The position numbers and the translations under genes were made by a program. This document shows positions 9,901-18,668 of a stretch of DNA of 64,000 nt, one piece after another. How positions within the stretch are numbered: position 1 is the first letter of the stretch; each line of letters starts with the position of its first letter. The DNA lies in IMG/VR virus record IMGVR_UViG_3300030419_004471, positions 1 through 64,000 of that record; one strand, given 5' to 3'. A model generated the notes under the pieces. It saw nothing but the letters and a program-made list of their open reading frames with translations. It had not been told where the DNA came from and searched no databases.

Positions 9901-10568
9901 GCTCCAGTTAAAGAACCCATAGTTATTTCGTTAATAACATATTCTTCAATTCTTTCTTTAGATACGAATAATCCTTCGTTTAATTTATCTGTAATTATCT
10001 TAAAGATAGTTTTATTAAATTTACCATAAGCAGTATCTTTAAAGAATTTTTCTTTTTGGTCATCTGAACCTAAAGATAATCCTTGTCTAACTGCCGTACC
10101 ACTTATTCCTCCACCTTGTCTTGGTGCTACATAAAGGTATCCTCTATCCTCATATCCTTGTGTTGGATTACCATCCCACTTTTGAAAGTATTTGTGAGAT
10201 AATCTACTTGCATCCTTTTCACCAACAACAGTTACAAATGCTGTTGTATTCTTATTAAACTTTTTAAGTACTTCGGTAGGAGCGTAAGGATTCTTAACTT
10301 GAACTACTTTGTTTTTTGGAATTGGAAACATAGTAGTCATTATTTGTTTCTTTTCTTTGAAGTTGAATGGTGAACGTCCTTTTTCTGTTTTATTGGATGT
10401 TCCTATGAATACATTCTTTTTACCGAATTTTTGTGTAAGATGTTTATAGACAAGATAATGTCCTTTGTGCATAGGTTGAAATCTCCCAACATATACTACA
10501 ACAGTATCTTTTATTACTGATTCCTCTAATAGAATCTGGTCAACTAAATAATTACTAAGTTTGCTCAT
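6960..10568 (-). CDS. 1202-aa multidomain protein: HxGH nucleotidyltransferase (NMNAT/cytidyltransferase-like) + basic region + CCA-enzyme-type HD domain + RNA-ligase-like (KxDG) domain
   Basis: GRFQPMHKGH and ISGTAVR; HPEGNVLKHT...MLHDIGK...GHE; GHMAHPFD...TEKTDG...NEGIVF...FKLTG. Confidence 0.8.
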   Translation of the reverse strand: MSKLSNYLVDQILLEESVIKDTVVVYVGRFQPMHKGHYLVYKHLTQKFGKKNVFIGTSNKTEKGRSPFNFKEKKQIMTTMFPIPKNKVVQVKNPYAPTEVLKKFNKNTTAFVTVVGEKDASRLSHKYFQKWDGNPTQGYEDRGYLYVAPRQGGGISGTAVRQGLSLGSDDQKEKFFKDTAYGKFNKTIFKIITDKLNEGLFVSKERIEEYVINEITMGSLTGADVDDGPNFFIPNYKTFKKVSAKRAAKLGWTVINMIGDEKFEDYYEHPEYPNGPQNSVSYFPAGVIGTKTPNNQVDIYSSQAYSDWYKHVTRKAALVGYEVVVDKSDIKQEKELSGDDAKDSKELEKEFEASLDEAITLPVEIGDTILVGRFKNKKLVVKDIGVDDHGMPTINGRKVVTFRLMKEGFEVELDERSKGKLRPADLLRRKAAMAGKRAAIARRRARTMKRRKPLAKLKKIAYKKAYLQVYDEFMKDLYPGMKKKELSIQQAKIVHKNVLRKKKRVLKRAKFRFLPALRAKEADKFDGKESLGYPGKKEMAQIKKRVDNQRSNTDSDKDYQYKKIDERVNEFFYMDFKKYVWKRRGEINRKIKGLSPKEKKTFFELLWKKQFGANKSWSKVDGSELHKMLKKDKYVKEGLKEMGITDFKSLFKKMPSDLQKRVYNLKNFGQRVDKHPEGNVLKHTITVVNRSIKEDDIDIAIAAMLHDIGKDETAGIHPKKGHITHFGHEKVSANLVKKYKNWIESVGGNTANVYYIVKNHMRFKQLDNMRIQKVMKLKAFRAFDKLGKFSKHDRSGLGEEIITEGGAYGHMAHPFDTDINLTFGQLKDIVNRALDGELDLTTEKTDGQALAISWKDGRLVAARNKGHLKNKGENALDIKGVSDKFQGRGGLSDAYNFAMKDLSKAISSLTDKQREKVFKDGACFMNLEVIYPTSVNVIPYGQALLIFHGTMEYDDDGNAIGENKEAARMLAGMIKQVNKDVQDNYTIQGPPVVKLPKSQKLSSKKGKYNSKISKLQKEFKLKDTDGVAVYHQSWWENWVDKNSPTTLDNKTKMGLVKRWAFMDKKFRLDNKNIKDAKTLEWAKKHEKDNHKKIAKDNLMKFENIFLGLGAEVLEFTSSALTVNPDKAIRDIKKRLDKTTKDVKKSGDPKKIEKLRLELQRLNSIGGAKKIVPNEGIVFQYKGKTFKLTGTFASVNQILGIFF

Positions 10569-10586
10569 AGATATACCTTATCAGTA

Positions 10587-10595
10587 TATAAATAT
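10587..10595 (-). promoter_or_regulatory. Putative late promoter motif ATATTTATA
   Basis: Intergenic, 18 nt upstream of the 10568 start. Confidence 0.7.
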
Positions 10596-10614
10596 AATGA
10601 AAAAATAAAGGGGG

Positions 10615-10722
10615 TTATTTTTTGTAGACAAACGGGTCTCTCTTTTTTAACTCTTTAATTTTCTTTTTATATAGACGTTCCATTTTCCAATCCATATATT
10701 TTCTTTTTATCCAAGCTATCAT
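10615..10722 (-). CDS. Small basic protein (35 aa)
   Basis: Not in ORF track; MIAWIKRKYMDWKMERLYKKKIKELKKRDPFVYKK; ATG 1 nt after upstream stop, fills the gap. Confidence 0.6.
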   Translation of the reverse strand: MIAWIKRKYMDWKMERLYKKKIKELKKRDPFVYKK

Positions 10723-10723
10723 A

Positions 10724-12184
10724 TTAATAAGTAGGTTTAATTATTTTTAAAAGATTCTTTTTAAATTTAGTTGAAATTATTTTATCATAATTTTTTACAA
10801 TATCAAATAAAAATTTTCTATTATACTCAATAATTGGTTTAATATTTTCCATCCATTCTAATTTTTCAGAATCACTTAAATTTGTCAATCTAACTATCTC
10901 TCCCATAATCAGTTCACATCTATCTTCAGCCTTTCTAACTGTATCATATGTTTCATCAATAAAAGGTGAGAATGTTTTAAATCCAATATCTCTTAATTCT
11001 TTTAAAGTTCCTTGACTACCAAAAACTATAAATGGATGACTTTGACCAATCGGTTTAAATACTTTTTCAGAAATATAGTATTCACCAGGATGTGCAGATG
11101 TTTCTGTTACTACTGAAAACATTGAATCATTATAAACCGATGCATCTTCCCAAAACAAACCATCTAATTTTTGTAAATCCTTATGGTCATAATGAAAGCT
11201 TGGTCTATTATCTCTTATATCAAATAAATACTTATCTATAAATTTAAAATCCATCCACTCACGCTTAGCTATAATTTCTAAGTCTTTTGTTTCGTTAATA
11301 TTATCATCTATTGTAAAATCATATGTTACTAAATTTTTTTCTAATAAACCATATTGTTTTAACTTAGCTAATAAATAAAGTCTATGTGTTCTCAATCTTC
11401 TATTAAGACAATTAAAATCATATTTCTTTTTTTCTATAACATATTTCTTTGATATTCTATCAAATTCCTCATTTCTATATTCCTTTAAAAATTCTTCACC
11501 CTTTGCTCTATATACCCAATGGCTATAAAGTACATTCATTGGATTTTCTATTTTATAATGCCCAATAATATATTTCATCCATCTTTCTTGATTGAACCCA
11601 GCAAATGTAAAAATTACTTTATTTGCTGGTATCTTAAATTTTTCTAATAGTTTGTGAAATGAATCGATAGTAGTATGATGCATAATCCCCTCCCAATGAT
11701 AATTTACAAACAAATAAAAGTTTTGTTCATTTTGTAAATAATTTAAAGCTTTCTTAGAAATTTTACCAACTCCTTCATTTCTATAAGATTGTTTACTTGC
11801 TGGATTATCTTCTACTTCTTCTTCTATAGGGTTTAAGAAGTGTTGACCGCTACCATGCAAATCTACAATGTAAAGATATACATTACCATCATTGACTTTT
11901 ATATTAGATATATTTTTATATTCAATTGGTAAATTTTCTAATTCCTTTATAAACGGTATTTTCCTTACAGTATGAGGAATTCCACCATATTTTATATTTA
12001 CATTTTTATCAATTAATTGACTCACTTTCCAATATGCAGGTTCACCATCTGGCCACTGGGCATCAACTTTAGATTTTTTGGAATCCAAGTGTTGTCTCAT
12101 TTCATCTGTATAATTTATAATATCAAATGCATTTGGAAAAGTTTCCCAATCAAATTCATAATCATGCACATAGTAAAACTTCAT
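10724..12184 (-). CDS. Putative glycosyltransferase, GT10 (fucosyltransferase)-like C-terminal domain
   Basis: FSVVTET...YYISEKVFKPI...HPFIVFG...GFKTF; paralogue of 12186..13649. Confidence 0.55.
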   Translation of the reverse strand: MKFYYVHDYEFDWETFPNAFDIINYTDEMRQHLDSKKSKVDAQWPDGEPAYWKVSQLIDKNVNIKYGGIPHTVRKIPFIKELENLPIEYKNISNIKVNDGNVYLYIVDLHGSGQHFLNPIEEEVEDNPASKQSYRNEGVGKISKKALNYLQNEQNFYLFVNYHWEGIMHHTTIDSFHKLLEKFKIPANKVIFTFAGFNQERWMKYIIGHYKIENPMNVLYSHWVYRAKGEEFLKEYRNEEFDRISKKYVIEKKKYDFNCLNRRLRTHRLYLLAKLKQYGLLEKNLVTYDFTIDDNINETKDLEIIAKREWMDFKFIDKYLFDIRDNRPSFHYDHKDLQKLDGLFWEDASVYNDSMFSVVTETSAHPGEYYISEKVFKPIGQSHPFIVFGSQGTLKELRDIGFKTFSPFIDETYDTVRKAEDRCELIMGEIVRLTNLSDSEKLEWMENIKPIIEYNRKFLFDIVKNYDKIISTKFKKNLLKIIKPTY

Positions 12185-12185
12185 A

Positions 12186-13649
12186 TTAAATTGCTTTCTT
12201 TTTCATTTCAGTTATCTCATCAAGTATTTCAGTATCTTCTAATGTATAATCATATGCCATAAAATGATTAAAATTATGTTCGACTATTGGTTTAACATTT
12301 TTCATCCATTCTAATTTCTCTTCGTCAGTTTGATTACATAGTCTTTGTATCTCTGCACCAATAACAGAAAATCTTGCAACATCTTCTTTTATTTCATCAT
12401 ATGTTTCATCTATATATGGGTGAAATGTTTTAAAACCTTTTTCTTTTAAAAATTTTAAGATGCCTGGTTTTGCAAATAAAATAAATGGATGATTGTGCAT
12501 CATTGGTTTTAAAACTTTTTCTGATATATAGTGTACTTTACTTCCTTCAAAGAAATAAGATTCAGAAACTATAGTAAACATAGAATCTTTATATGGTATA
12601 TCATTTTCCATACGCAATCCGTGTATCTCTTCTGTATTTTCTATATCAACTACCTTTTTTGGTTGCTCTATCCATAATTGTGAATATTCTCTCAAATAAT
12701 CCCTCCAGTTGAATGGGTCTTTATCAGAAACAAGTGGATAATCTCTATTTGTATAGTCATTACCTTCTATTAACCAATGCCATCCGTGCTGAAACGTAAA
12801 TCCTAAAGAATGCAAATCATATGATACTAAATTTTTATCTAATAATTTAACCAATCGTAAAAAACATAATAATAAAATTCTATGTGGTCTTATTTGCCTT
12901 AATAAACAATTAAAATCGTATTTCTTTTTTTCTACTTTATATTCTAAATTAAATGATTGATTACTTTCAGAAGTTCTAAATTTTTTATATTCATCAATTA
13001 TAGGTCTATAATAACCTGGCATATATTGTAATGGCCATACATAAGAGATAAAGTTTAATTTTTTGTTTATTATATCTGATTTAGATATCTCATTCCACCA
13101 ATCATCTATATCGTGATTTCCATATACGAAATAAATTTTATCTTCTGGTATTTCATATTTTTTCATCCACTTATAGAGATTTTCCATTTCGCTAGTATAA
13201 ACAATTCCTTCATAAAAATAATTAATCATTAAATAAAAATTGGGAGATGTTTTAACTTCTTCTACTACATCTTTGGTTATTTTATCAAATACCATATTTT
13301 CATAATCCCCAATAGAATTGATTGCTTCAGAATAAAGTGCTATTGGATAGAAAAATAATGTTTTTCTAAACTTAGGTTTTAATTTTTTTTTGTAATGATA
13401 AAAACTTACAGAAGGATGTACTCCTATAAAATTAGGGACTTGATTATATGCTTGTGGTGCGGTTTTATATTTTTTTGAATACCAATCTACATATTGCCCA
13501 GAATCCATTTTTTTTGTATCATCATAATATTCAGCAAAAGCTTCTAAGTTAATACAATTGTGAGTACTTTGATATGCTTCAAACCATTTTGATTCTGGCT
13601 CTACTGATGGGAAGTTGTAGTCATAAACAAGTTGAACATCATAGTGCAT
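12186..13649 (-). CDS. Putative glycosyltransferase, GT10-like; tandem paralogue
   Basis: FTIVSES...YISEKVLKPM..HPFILF...GFKTF; shares EKKKYDFNCL and IDETYD with neighbour. Confidence 0.55.
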   Translation of the reverse strand: MHYDVQLVYDYNFPSVEPESKWFEAYQSTHNCINLEAFAEYYDDTKKMDSGQYVDWYSKKYKTAPQAYNQVPNFIGVHPSVSFYHYKKKLKPKFRKTLFFYPIALYSEAINSIGDYENMVFDKITKDVVEEVKTSPNFYLMINYFYEGIVYTSEMENLYKWMKKYEIPEDKIYFVYGNHDIDDWWNEISKSDIINKKLNFISYVWPLQYMPGYYRPIIDEYKKFRTSESNQSFNLEYKVEKKKYDFNCLLRQIRPHRILLLCFLRLVKLLDKNLVSYDLHSLGFTFQHGWHWLIEGNDYTNRDYPLVSDKDPFNWRDYLREYSQLWIEQPKKVVDIENTEEIHGLRMENDIPYKDSMFTIVSESYFFEGSKVHYISEKVLKPMMHNHPFILFAKPGILKFLKEKGFKTFHPYIDETYDEIKEDVARFSVIGAEIQRLCNQTDEEKLEWMKNVKPIVEHNFNHFMAYDYTLEDTEILDEITEMKKKAI

Positions 13650-13658
13650 ATTGAAGTT

Positions 13659-14207
13659 TTATTGATTATAATATAGTTCTGGATATTCTACTATAATATG
13701 TATCCCACCATCAGATAATGCTTTCTTATATGCTGGGAGTATTTTTTCTACTTTATCTAATTTGTGAATAGTAGAGTTTGTAACTATTTGTTCAAAAGCA
13801 TCTGTATAATCTGCTTTGTGTTGATGACCAGGGTCTAATGGTTTATCACTTCCCTTACCAACTCTTACAATTACATTTGGTTTCCACTCACCATCAGACA
13901 TTGCTTCCAATTTATCTAAATGATTTACTAACTGATTACAAGCGAGAATTAAAAAATCCCAACGTGGATAAAAAGTAACTACTTGATGACCAGCCATAGC
14001 CAATCCCATAGTCATTCCCATTTGGGTTTCTTCCATTACTGGTGTTTCTATCATTCTCTCTTTTGGTAATCCCTCAATGGTTTTACTCATTGGGTTACCA
14101 TAATAAACTATTTGTTGTCCGATGAATATTGTTTTATCATCTTCCATCGTAAGTTTCATTGCTTCAGTTAAAGCATCTAAATAAGGTGTGTATTCTGGGT
14201 TTGCCAT
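13659..14207 (-). CDS. TPP-dependent enzyme beta subunit (E1-beta/transketolase pyrimidine-binding domain only)
   Basis: ETPVMEETQMGMTMGLAMAG, NQLVNH, GHQH motifs; 182 aa. Confidence 0.85.
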   Translation of the reverse strand: MANPEYTPYLDALTEAMKLTMEDDKTIFIGQQIVYYGNPMSKTIEGLPKERMIETPVMEETQMGMTMGLAMAGHQVVTFYPRWDFLILACNQLVNHLDKLEAMSDGEWKPNVIVRVGKGSDKPLDPGHQHKADYTDAFEQIVTNSTIHKLDKVEKILPAYKKALSDGGIHIIVEYPELYYNQ

Positions 14208-15193
14208 TATGGTTTTGAATTTGGGTTATATTCGTGTTTATGTTCTTTGTACCAATCGAGTGCATCTTTCAATCCACTCCTTAAATCGTATTTTGGTTTC
14301 CATCCTAACTTTCTCAATTTCTCATTTGATAATAATCTCTTTGGAATCATAGGGGCTTTGTTGTTTACGAATTCGATAGGATTGTCGTTATCCTCCAATT
14401 CTTTGATAAGTTCTAATACTTCCATTACAGTATGCCCTTTACCGTAACATACATTATAGATATCATATTCATCTACATTCTCTGCTACACATATGAATCC
14501 ACTTACCATATCATCAACGTGAATAACATCTCTAACTTCAGTTCCATCTCCCCAAAGTGGAATAGGATTTAAATTATCTGCTACCTTTCTAATATTAGCA
14601 GGTGTTACGTGGCATTTTTCGAAATCATACTTATCATTTGGTCCGAATGCATTTGATGGTCTTATAATTACGCATTGCATCGGGTTATGTATTTGGTTTG
14701 AGAAGAATTCACAAAGTGTTTCTCCATATCTTTTCATCCAACCTACTGCTTTATATACAGGATATATGTTTGGAGTTTGTACATTCATATCTTCAGTACA
14801 ATATTCATCCCCTACATCAGGATATGTTGTATTTGATGATATAAACATAAATTTACGAACTTTGTTTCTCCAACTTTGTTCCATTAAGTTTACATTCATC
14901 TCTACATTAGGTGTAACGTGTAATAGTGGGTTTACTTTAGTGTCTAATGCATTCGATGTGTTAGCTGCTGCATGAAATACTACATCTACATCTTTAGATA
15001 CCTTCTCACAGAAGTCTGCATCTTGTAGATTACCTATTATATGTTCCGTTTTCCATTTATAGTCATCTCTTAAGTCTCTACTATATGATGTAGTTCTGAT
15101 ATTGGTGTATCCATTATCGTATAACATCTTTACCAACCTCGAACCAATGAATCCACTAGCTCCCGTTACTAATATTTTGTCTTTTTTCTTCAT
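14207..15193 (-). CDS. NAD-dependent epimerase/reductase (GDP-L-fucose synthase-like SDR)
   Basis: VTGASGFIG, RPSNAFGPND, WGDGTEVRD; likely start MKKKDK at 15193. Confidence 0.85.
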   Translation of the reverse strand: MKKKDKILVTGASGFIGSRLVKMLYDNGYTNIRTTSYSRDLRDDYKWKTEHIIGNLQDADFCEKVSKDVDVVFHAAANTSNALDTKVNPLLHVTPNVEMNVNLMEQSWRNKVRKFMFISSNTTYPDVGDEYCTEDMNVQTPNIYPVYKAVGWMKRYGETLCEFFSNQIHNPMQCVIIRPSNAFGPNDKYDFEKCHVTPANIRKVADNLNPIPLWGDGTEVRDVIHVDDMVSGFICVAENVDEYDIYNVCYGKGHTVMEVLELIKELEDNDNPIEFVNNKAPMIPKRLLSNEKLRKLGWKPKYDLRSGLKDALDWYKEHKHEYNPNSKP

Positions 15194-16118
15194 AATGTTT
15201 ATATGTGTTTTTAATTCCTTGTTCAAATCCTAATTTTGGTAATAATCCATATTCCTCTTGTATTTTAGTACTCATTTTTCTCCTCATATCACCGTTGGGC
15301 TTAGAAGTGTCCCAATTTATGTTAATTTCTTTACCACTAACCTTTGAAACGGTCTCAATCATCCTTTTTATTGATATTTCTTCACCACTTCCTAAATTAG
15401 TTGTTATATGTAGTTTATCTTCGAAGCATTTTATACATCCATTAGCTACATCACCAGCATAAATGAAATCTCTTGTTGGTGTACCATCTCCCCATGCTTC
15501 TATTTCACCATCAGAGTCATAAATCTTTCTACAAGTAGCTCCAATAACAGTAGCACCCTCTCCAAAGTTATCATATTCTCCAAATATGTTAGCAGGTCTA
15601 ACAATTGTCCATTTATCATACCCATGCTGAACCTTATATGCTTCTAAATAAAGTTCTGGTATTCTTTTACTCCAAGATGGAAACCAATCATTGGGAGATG
15701 GTAGTGTATTCCAAACCGAATCTTCTACAAATTCTTCTGCGGGTTCATAAACTCCAACTGATGACATAAAAACTAACCAACAATTGTGTTTATGAGAATT
15801 ATCTATAATGTTTGTATTAACTTTTATCGATGGTTCTAAGAAATCTAATGGTTTTTCTTTAGCTCTTATAGGTGAACCCTTTATTCCAAATGCATTAATA
15901 ACTCCATTAAAGTTATAATGGTCAAATAATACATTAACCTCATCAGAATCTCTTAAATCCATATCTTGAAATATAAATCTATCACTATCAGGTAATTCTT
16001 TGGAATATTTTAAATCGACTCCTACAACAGAGTAATCATAATCCAATAATTTATGAACTAAATGAGTTCCAACTAACCCACTACATCCCGTAACTAATAT
16101 TCTTCCTTTTGTTCCCAT
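15156..16118 (-). CDS. NAD-dependent epimerase/reductase (GDP-L-fucose synthase-like SDR)
   Basis: VTGCSGLVG, RPANIFG, WGDGTPTRDFIY, WDTSKPNG; likely start MGTKG at 16118 (TAATG overlap). Confidence 0.85.
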   Translation of the reverse strand: MGTKGRILVTGCSGLVGTHLVHKLLDYDYSVVGVDLKYSKELPDSDRFIFQDMDLRDSDEVNVLFDHYNFNGVINAFGIKGSPIRAKEKPLDFLEPSIKVNTNIIDNSHKHNCWLVFMSSVGVYEPAEEFVEDSVWNTLPSPNDWFPSWSKRIPELYLEAYKVQHGYDKWTIVRPANIFGEYDNFGEGATVIGATCRKIYDSDGEIEAWGDGTPTRDFIYAGDVANGCIKCFEDKLHITTNLGSGEEISIKRMIETVSKVSGKEININWDTSKPNGDMRRKMSTKIQEEYGLLPKLGFEQGIKNTYKHYEEKRQNISNGS

Positions 16119-16759
16119 TAAAATACCACCCATTTACCAGTACCATAATGCGGGTACTTCGATTCATACTTATAATAGATTACATCTTCTGGTATTTCTC
16201 TTTGAATACCACCCCAAGTATCTAATGTTGGTGTATTTGTTGATACACCATTATCTTCTACCACAAAATAAAGTGGTAAATCGTAATTTCTAGCATATTT
16301 GTGTACTTCATAGAAGATTCCACTCTCAAAAGCCATATCTCCTACAAAAACCCATACCTTTTCATCACTTTTTTTAAGTTTAAGTGCCTTTGCAACACCT
16401 AAAGCTATTGGTAATGTACCTGTTACGATTGCAGATGCATAAAATTTACAATCCTTTTCTACAATTGTTATAGATTTACCATCTAATATTTTCTTTTTTA
16501 ACTTTTTTGGTTCTATTCCGTGCAATAATCCGTGGTAATGAGACCTCCAAGTAGAAAAAACCCAATCCGTTGGATGTATTTTTGAAAATATTTTGATTAA
16601 TTGCTCTTCGTTACCATTTGATAAATGAACTGGACCTGTTATTTCTCCGTTTGACCAATGCGTTATGATATCATCTTCGAAATCTATCAAATCTTGCTTT
16701 GACCAATTACCTTCTGTCCATCTATCTTTGTGATAATCTAAATTATTTATCTTTCCCAT
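16118..16759 (-). CDS. TPP-dependent enzyme alpha subunit (E1-alpha-like)
   Basis: HLSNGNEE, STWRSHYH, TPP-binding GDMAFESG...VEDN. Confidence 0.87.
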   Translation of the reverse strand: MGKINNLDYHKDRWTEGNWSKQDLIDFEDDIITHWSNGEITGPVHLSNGNEEQLIKIFSKIHPTDWVFSTWRSHYHGLLHGIEPKKLKKKILDGKSITIVEKDCKFYASAIVTGTLPIALGVAKALKLKKSDEKVWVFVGDMAFESGIFYEVHKYARNYDLPLYFVVEDNGVSTNTPTLDTWGGIQREIPEDVIYYKYESKYPHYGTGKWVVF

Positions 16760-17318
16760 TTTTATCTCTTTTAGAAATTATTGGATTAGCGCAAGGCCAT
16801 TCTATATTGAACTCTTTGCTATTCCATTTTATTGTTTGTTGTTTATCTACATCATTAAATTCACCTTCATATGCCATCTTATAATAAAATATTGAATCCT
16901 TTTCCATTACATAATGTCCATTGGCAAATCCTGGTGGAATTAATACCTGTATTCGTGTTGATGGTGATAAAATAAAGTTCTCCCACTTTCCTGTCTTTAT
17001 ATCTAATACAACTAAATATATCTTTCCACTTAGACACGATACCATCTTCCAAGTCTTATCATCATAATGCAATCCTCTAAGAACATTAAATTCAGATTTA
17101 GAGTATCTATCATGCTTAAATTGTACTCCTCTATCTCGTTCTTCTAATGGAATTAATGAATCGTAATAATCAGAATGATATGTTGTTGAAATTTCTCCTC
17201 GTGATTCGTAATATACCGATGGATTTATTACTGTAACTCCAGGTAATACTTTGGAAGTATAAAATGGAAAATCATTCCACTTTCTTTCTTTATAATATGT
17301 ACTATGTTTGATTTCCAT
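16743..17318 (-). CDS. rmlC: dTDP-4-dehydrorhamnose 3,5-epimerase-like (cupin)
   Basis: SRG, VLRGLHY, IPPGFANGH, YYK motifs. Confidence 0.88.
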   Translation of the reverse strand: MEIKHSTYYKERKWNDFPFYTSKVLPGVTVINPSVYYESRGEISTTYHSDYYDSLIPLEERDRGVQFKHDRYSKSEFNVLRGLHYDDKTWKMVSCLSGKIYLVVLDIKTGKWENFILSPSTRIQVLIPPGFANGHYVMEKDSIFYYKMAYEGEFNDVDKQQTIKWNSKEFNIEWPCANPIISKRDKNGKDK

Positions 17319-18270
17319 AACCTAAAGGGAATCCGTTCCTATATTTTGAACTTAAATCCGATATTAAAATGTTATATGTTTTAATTAATTCTACTATTCC
17401 TCTATCTAAATTAAATTGTGGAGTCCACATTGTTTTTTCCAACTTTTCATTAGATACTATATAATCTCTTTTGTCAGGATCTTGATAATAATCAGAATAA
17501 GTTACTGCAAAATCTGGTATGTATTCTTGTATTTTCTCTACTAACTCTTGCTTTGATAAATTTGCGTTAGATAAACCTACATTAAATACTTCTCCACTAT
17601 ATTTTTCATATCTGTCCATCATAAATACAAATGTATATGCAACATCTCTAATATGAATATAGTTTCTTTTAAAATTCTTTTCAAAAATAGTAATGTACTT
17701 ATCAGTTAATGCTTTATATACAAATTCATTAACCAACAAATCCATTCTCATTCTTTGGGATGAACCAAAGACGGTGGCAAGTCTTAATGAAATGCCACCA
17801 ACTTTCAATACCTCTCGTTCTGCATCAATCTTCGTTATTCCATAATGAGATATTGGGTTTAGAGGACTATCTTCGGTACATATACCATCCTCTCCTATTC
17901 CGTATCCGCTATTTGTATTCGGATATAATATTTTTTGAGTTTTTGTTAGGTTATTACAAATAAATTTTATATGTTTGTAATTAACATCAGTTGCGAGTTT
18001 CTTATCTCTATCACAAGCTGGAAATCCAACTATAGCTGCTAATGGAACAATCACATCAGCTTCTTTTACATAAGGTAGTAGTTTTTTATGGTTTCTAACA
18101 TCACCATTTATAAATTCAAAGTTTGTTCTCCAAGAATGTCCTATTAATGATGTTTGATTGTACATCAAATTATCATATACTGTTAGTTTTGTTATTCCAC
18201 CATTTCTTAATAGAGTTTCAACTAATATTGAACCTAAATAACCTGCTCCTCCTGTAATTAATATCTTCAT
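17302..18270 (-). CDS. NAD-dependent epimerase/dehydratase (extended SDR)
   Basis: ITGGAGYLGS, LAAIVG, YGITK (YxxxK), RLATVFG. Confidence 0.9.
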   Translation of the reverse strand: MKILITGGAGYLGSILVETLLRNGGITKLTVYDNLMYNQTSLIGHSWRTNFEFINGDVRNHKKLLPYVKEADVIVPLAAIVGFPACDRDKKLATDVNYKHIKFICNNLTKTQKILYPNTNSGYGIGEDGICTEDSPLNPISHYGITKIDAEREVLKVGGISLRLATVFGSSQRMRMDLLVNEFVYKALTDKYITIFEKNFKRNYIHIRDVAYTFVFMMDRYEKYSGEVFNVGLSNANLSKQELVEKIQEYIPDFAVTYSDYYQDPDKRDYIVSNEKLEKTMWTPQFNLDRGIVELIKTYNILISDLSSKYRNGFPLGYGNQT

Positions 18271-18668
18271 TCTATAGTAACTTTTTCTTTTTCTTGAACT
18301 TTATCGTAAAAATCTTTTTCGAATTCGTTAAAATCTTTTATATCTTTACCATTTATTTTTATTTTAATATTTCTTTCTGAATTTAATATCCAATTTATTG
18401 TAGTTGGTGATAAATTTTCAATATTACATTCTTTATCATAATCAATTGGGAATATAAATGATTCATTTTCATCATATCCTACTTTATGTGCTTCTAAAAT
18501 ACTCCAACATTTTATATTATTGTTATCATCTTTATATAAATGATTTTTTGTTGGTTCTTCTTTAGATGCTATTGTATTTTTTTTAAACTCATTTAATAAT
18601 TTGTTTTTATCATATCCATTAAGACAATAACCATTTGGTTCTACTATTTCAAATAAAAAATCTATCAT
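18267..18668 (-). CDS. Hypothetical protein
   Basis: 133-aa ORF, ATGA-coupled on both sides. Confidence 0.65.
   Translation of the reverse strand: MIDFLFEIVEPNGYCLNGYDKNKLLNEFKKNTIASKEEPTKNHLYKDDNNNIKCWSILEAHKVGYDENESFIFPIDYDKECNIENLSPTTINWILNSERNIKIKINGKDIKDFNEFEKDFYDKVQEKEKVTIE

Noticed and set aside
13659-16759. Pyruvate dehydrogenase as a central-metabolism auxiliary gene pair
   Set aside because: Subunits are truncated, no E2/E3 in the window, and they are interleaved with NDP-sugar enzymes
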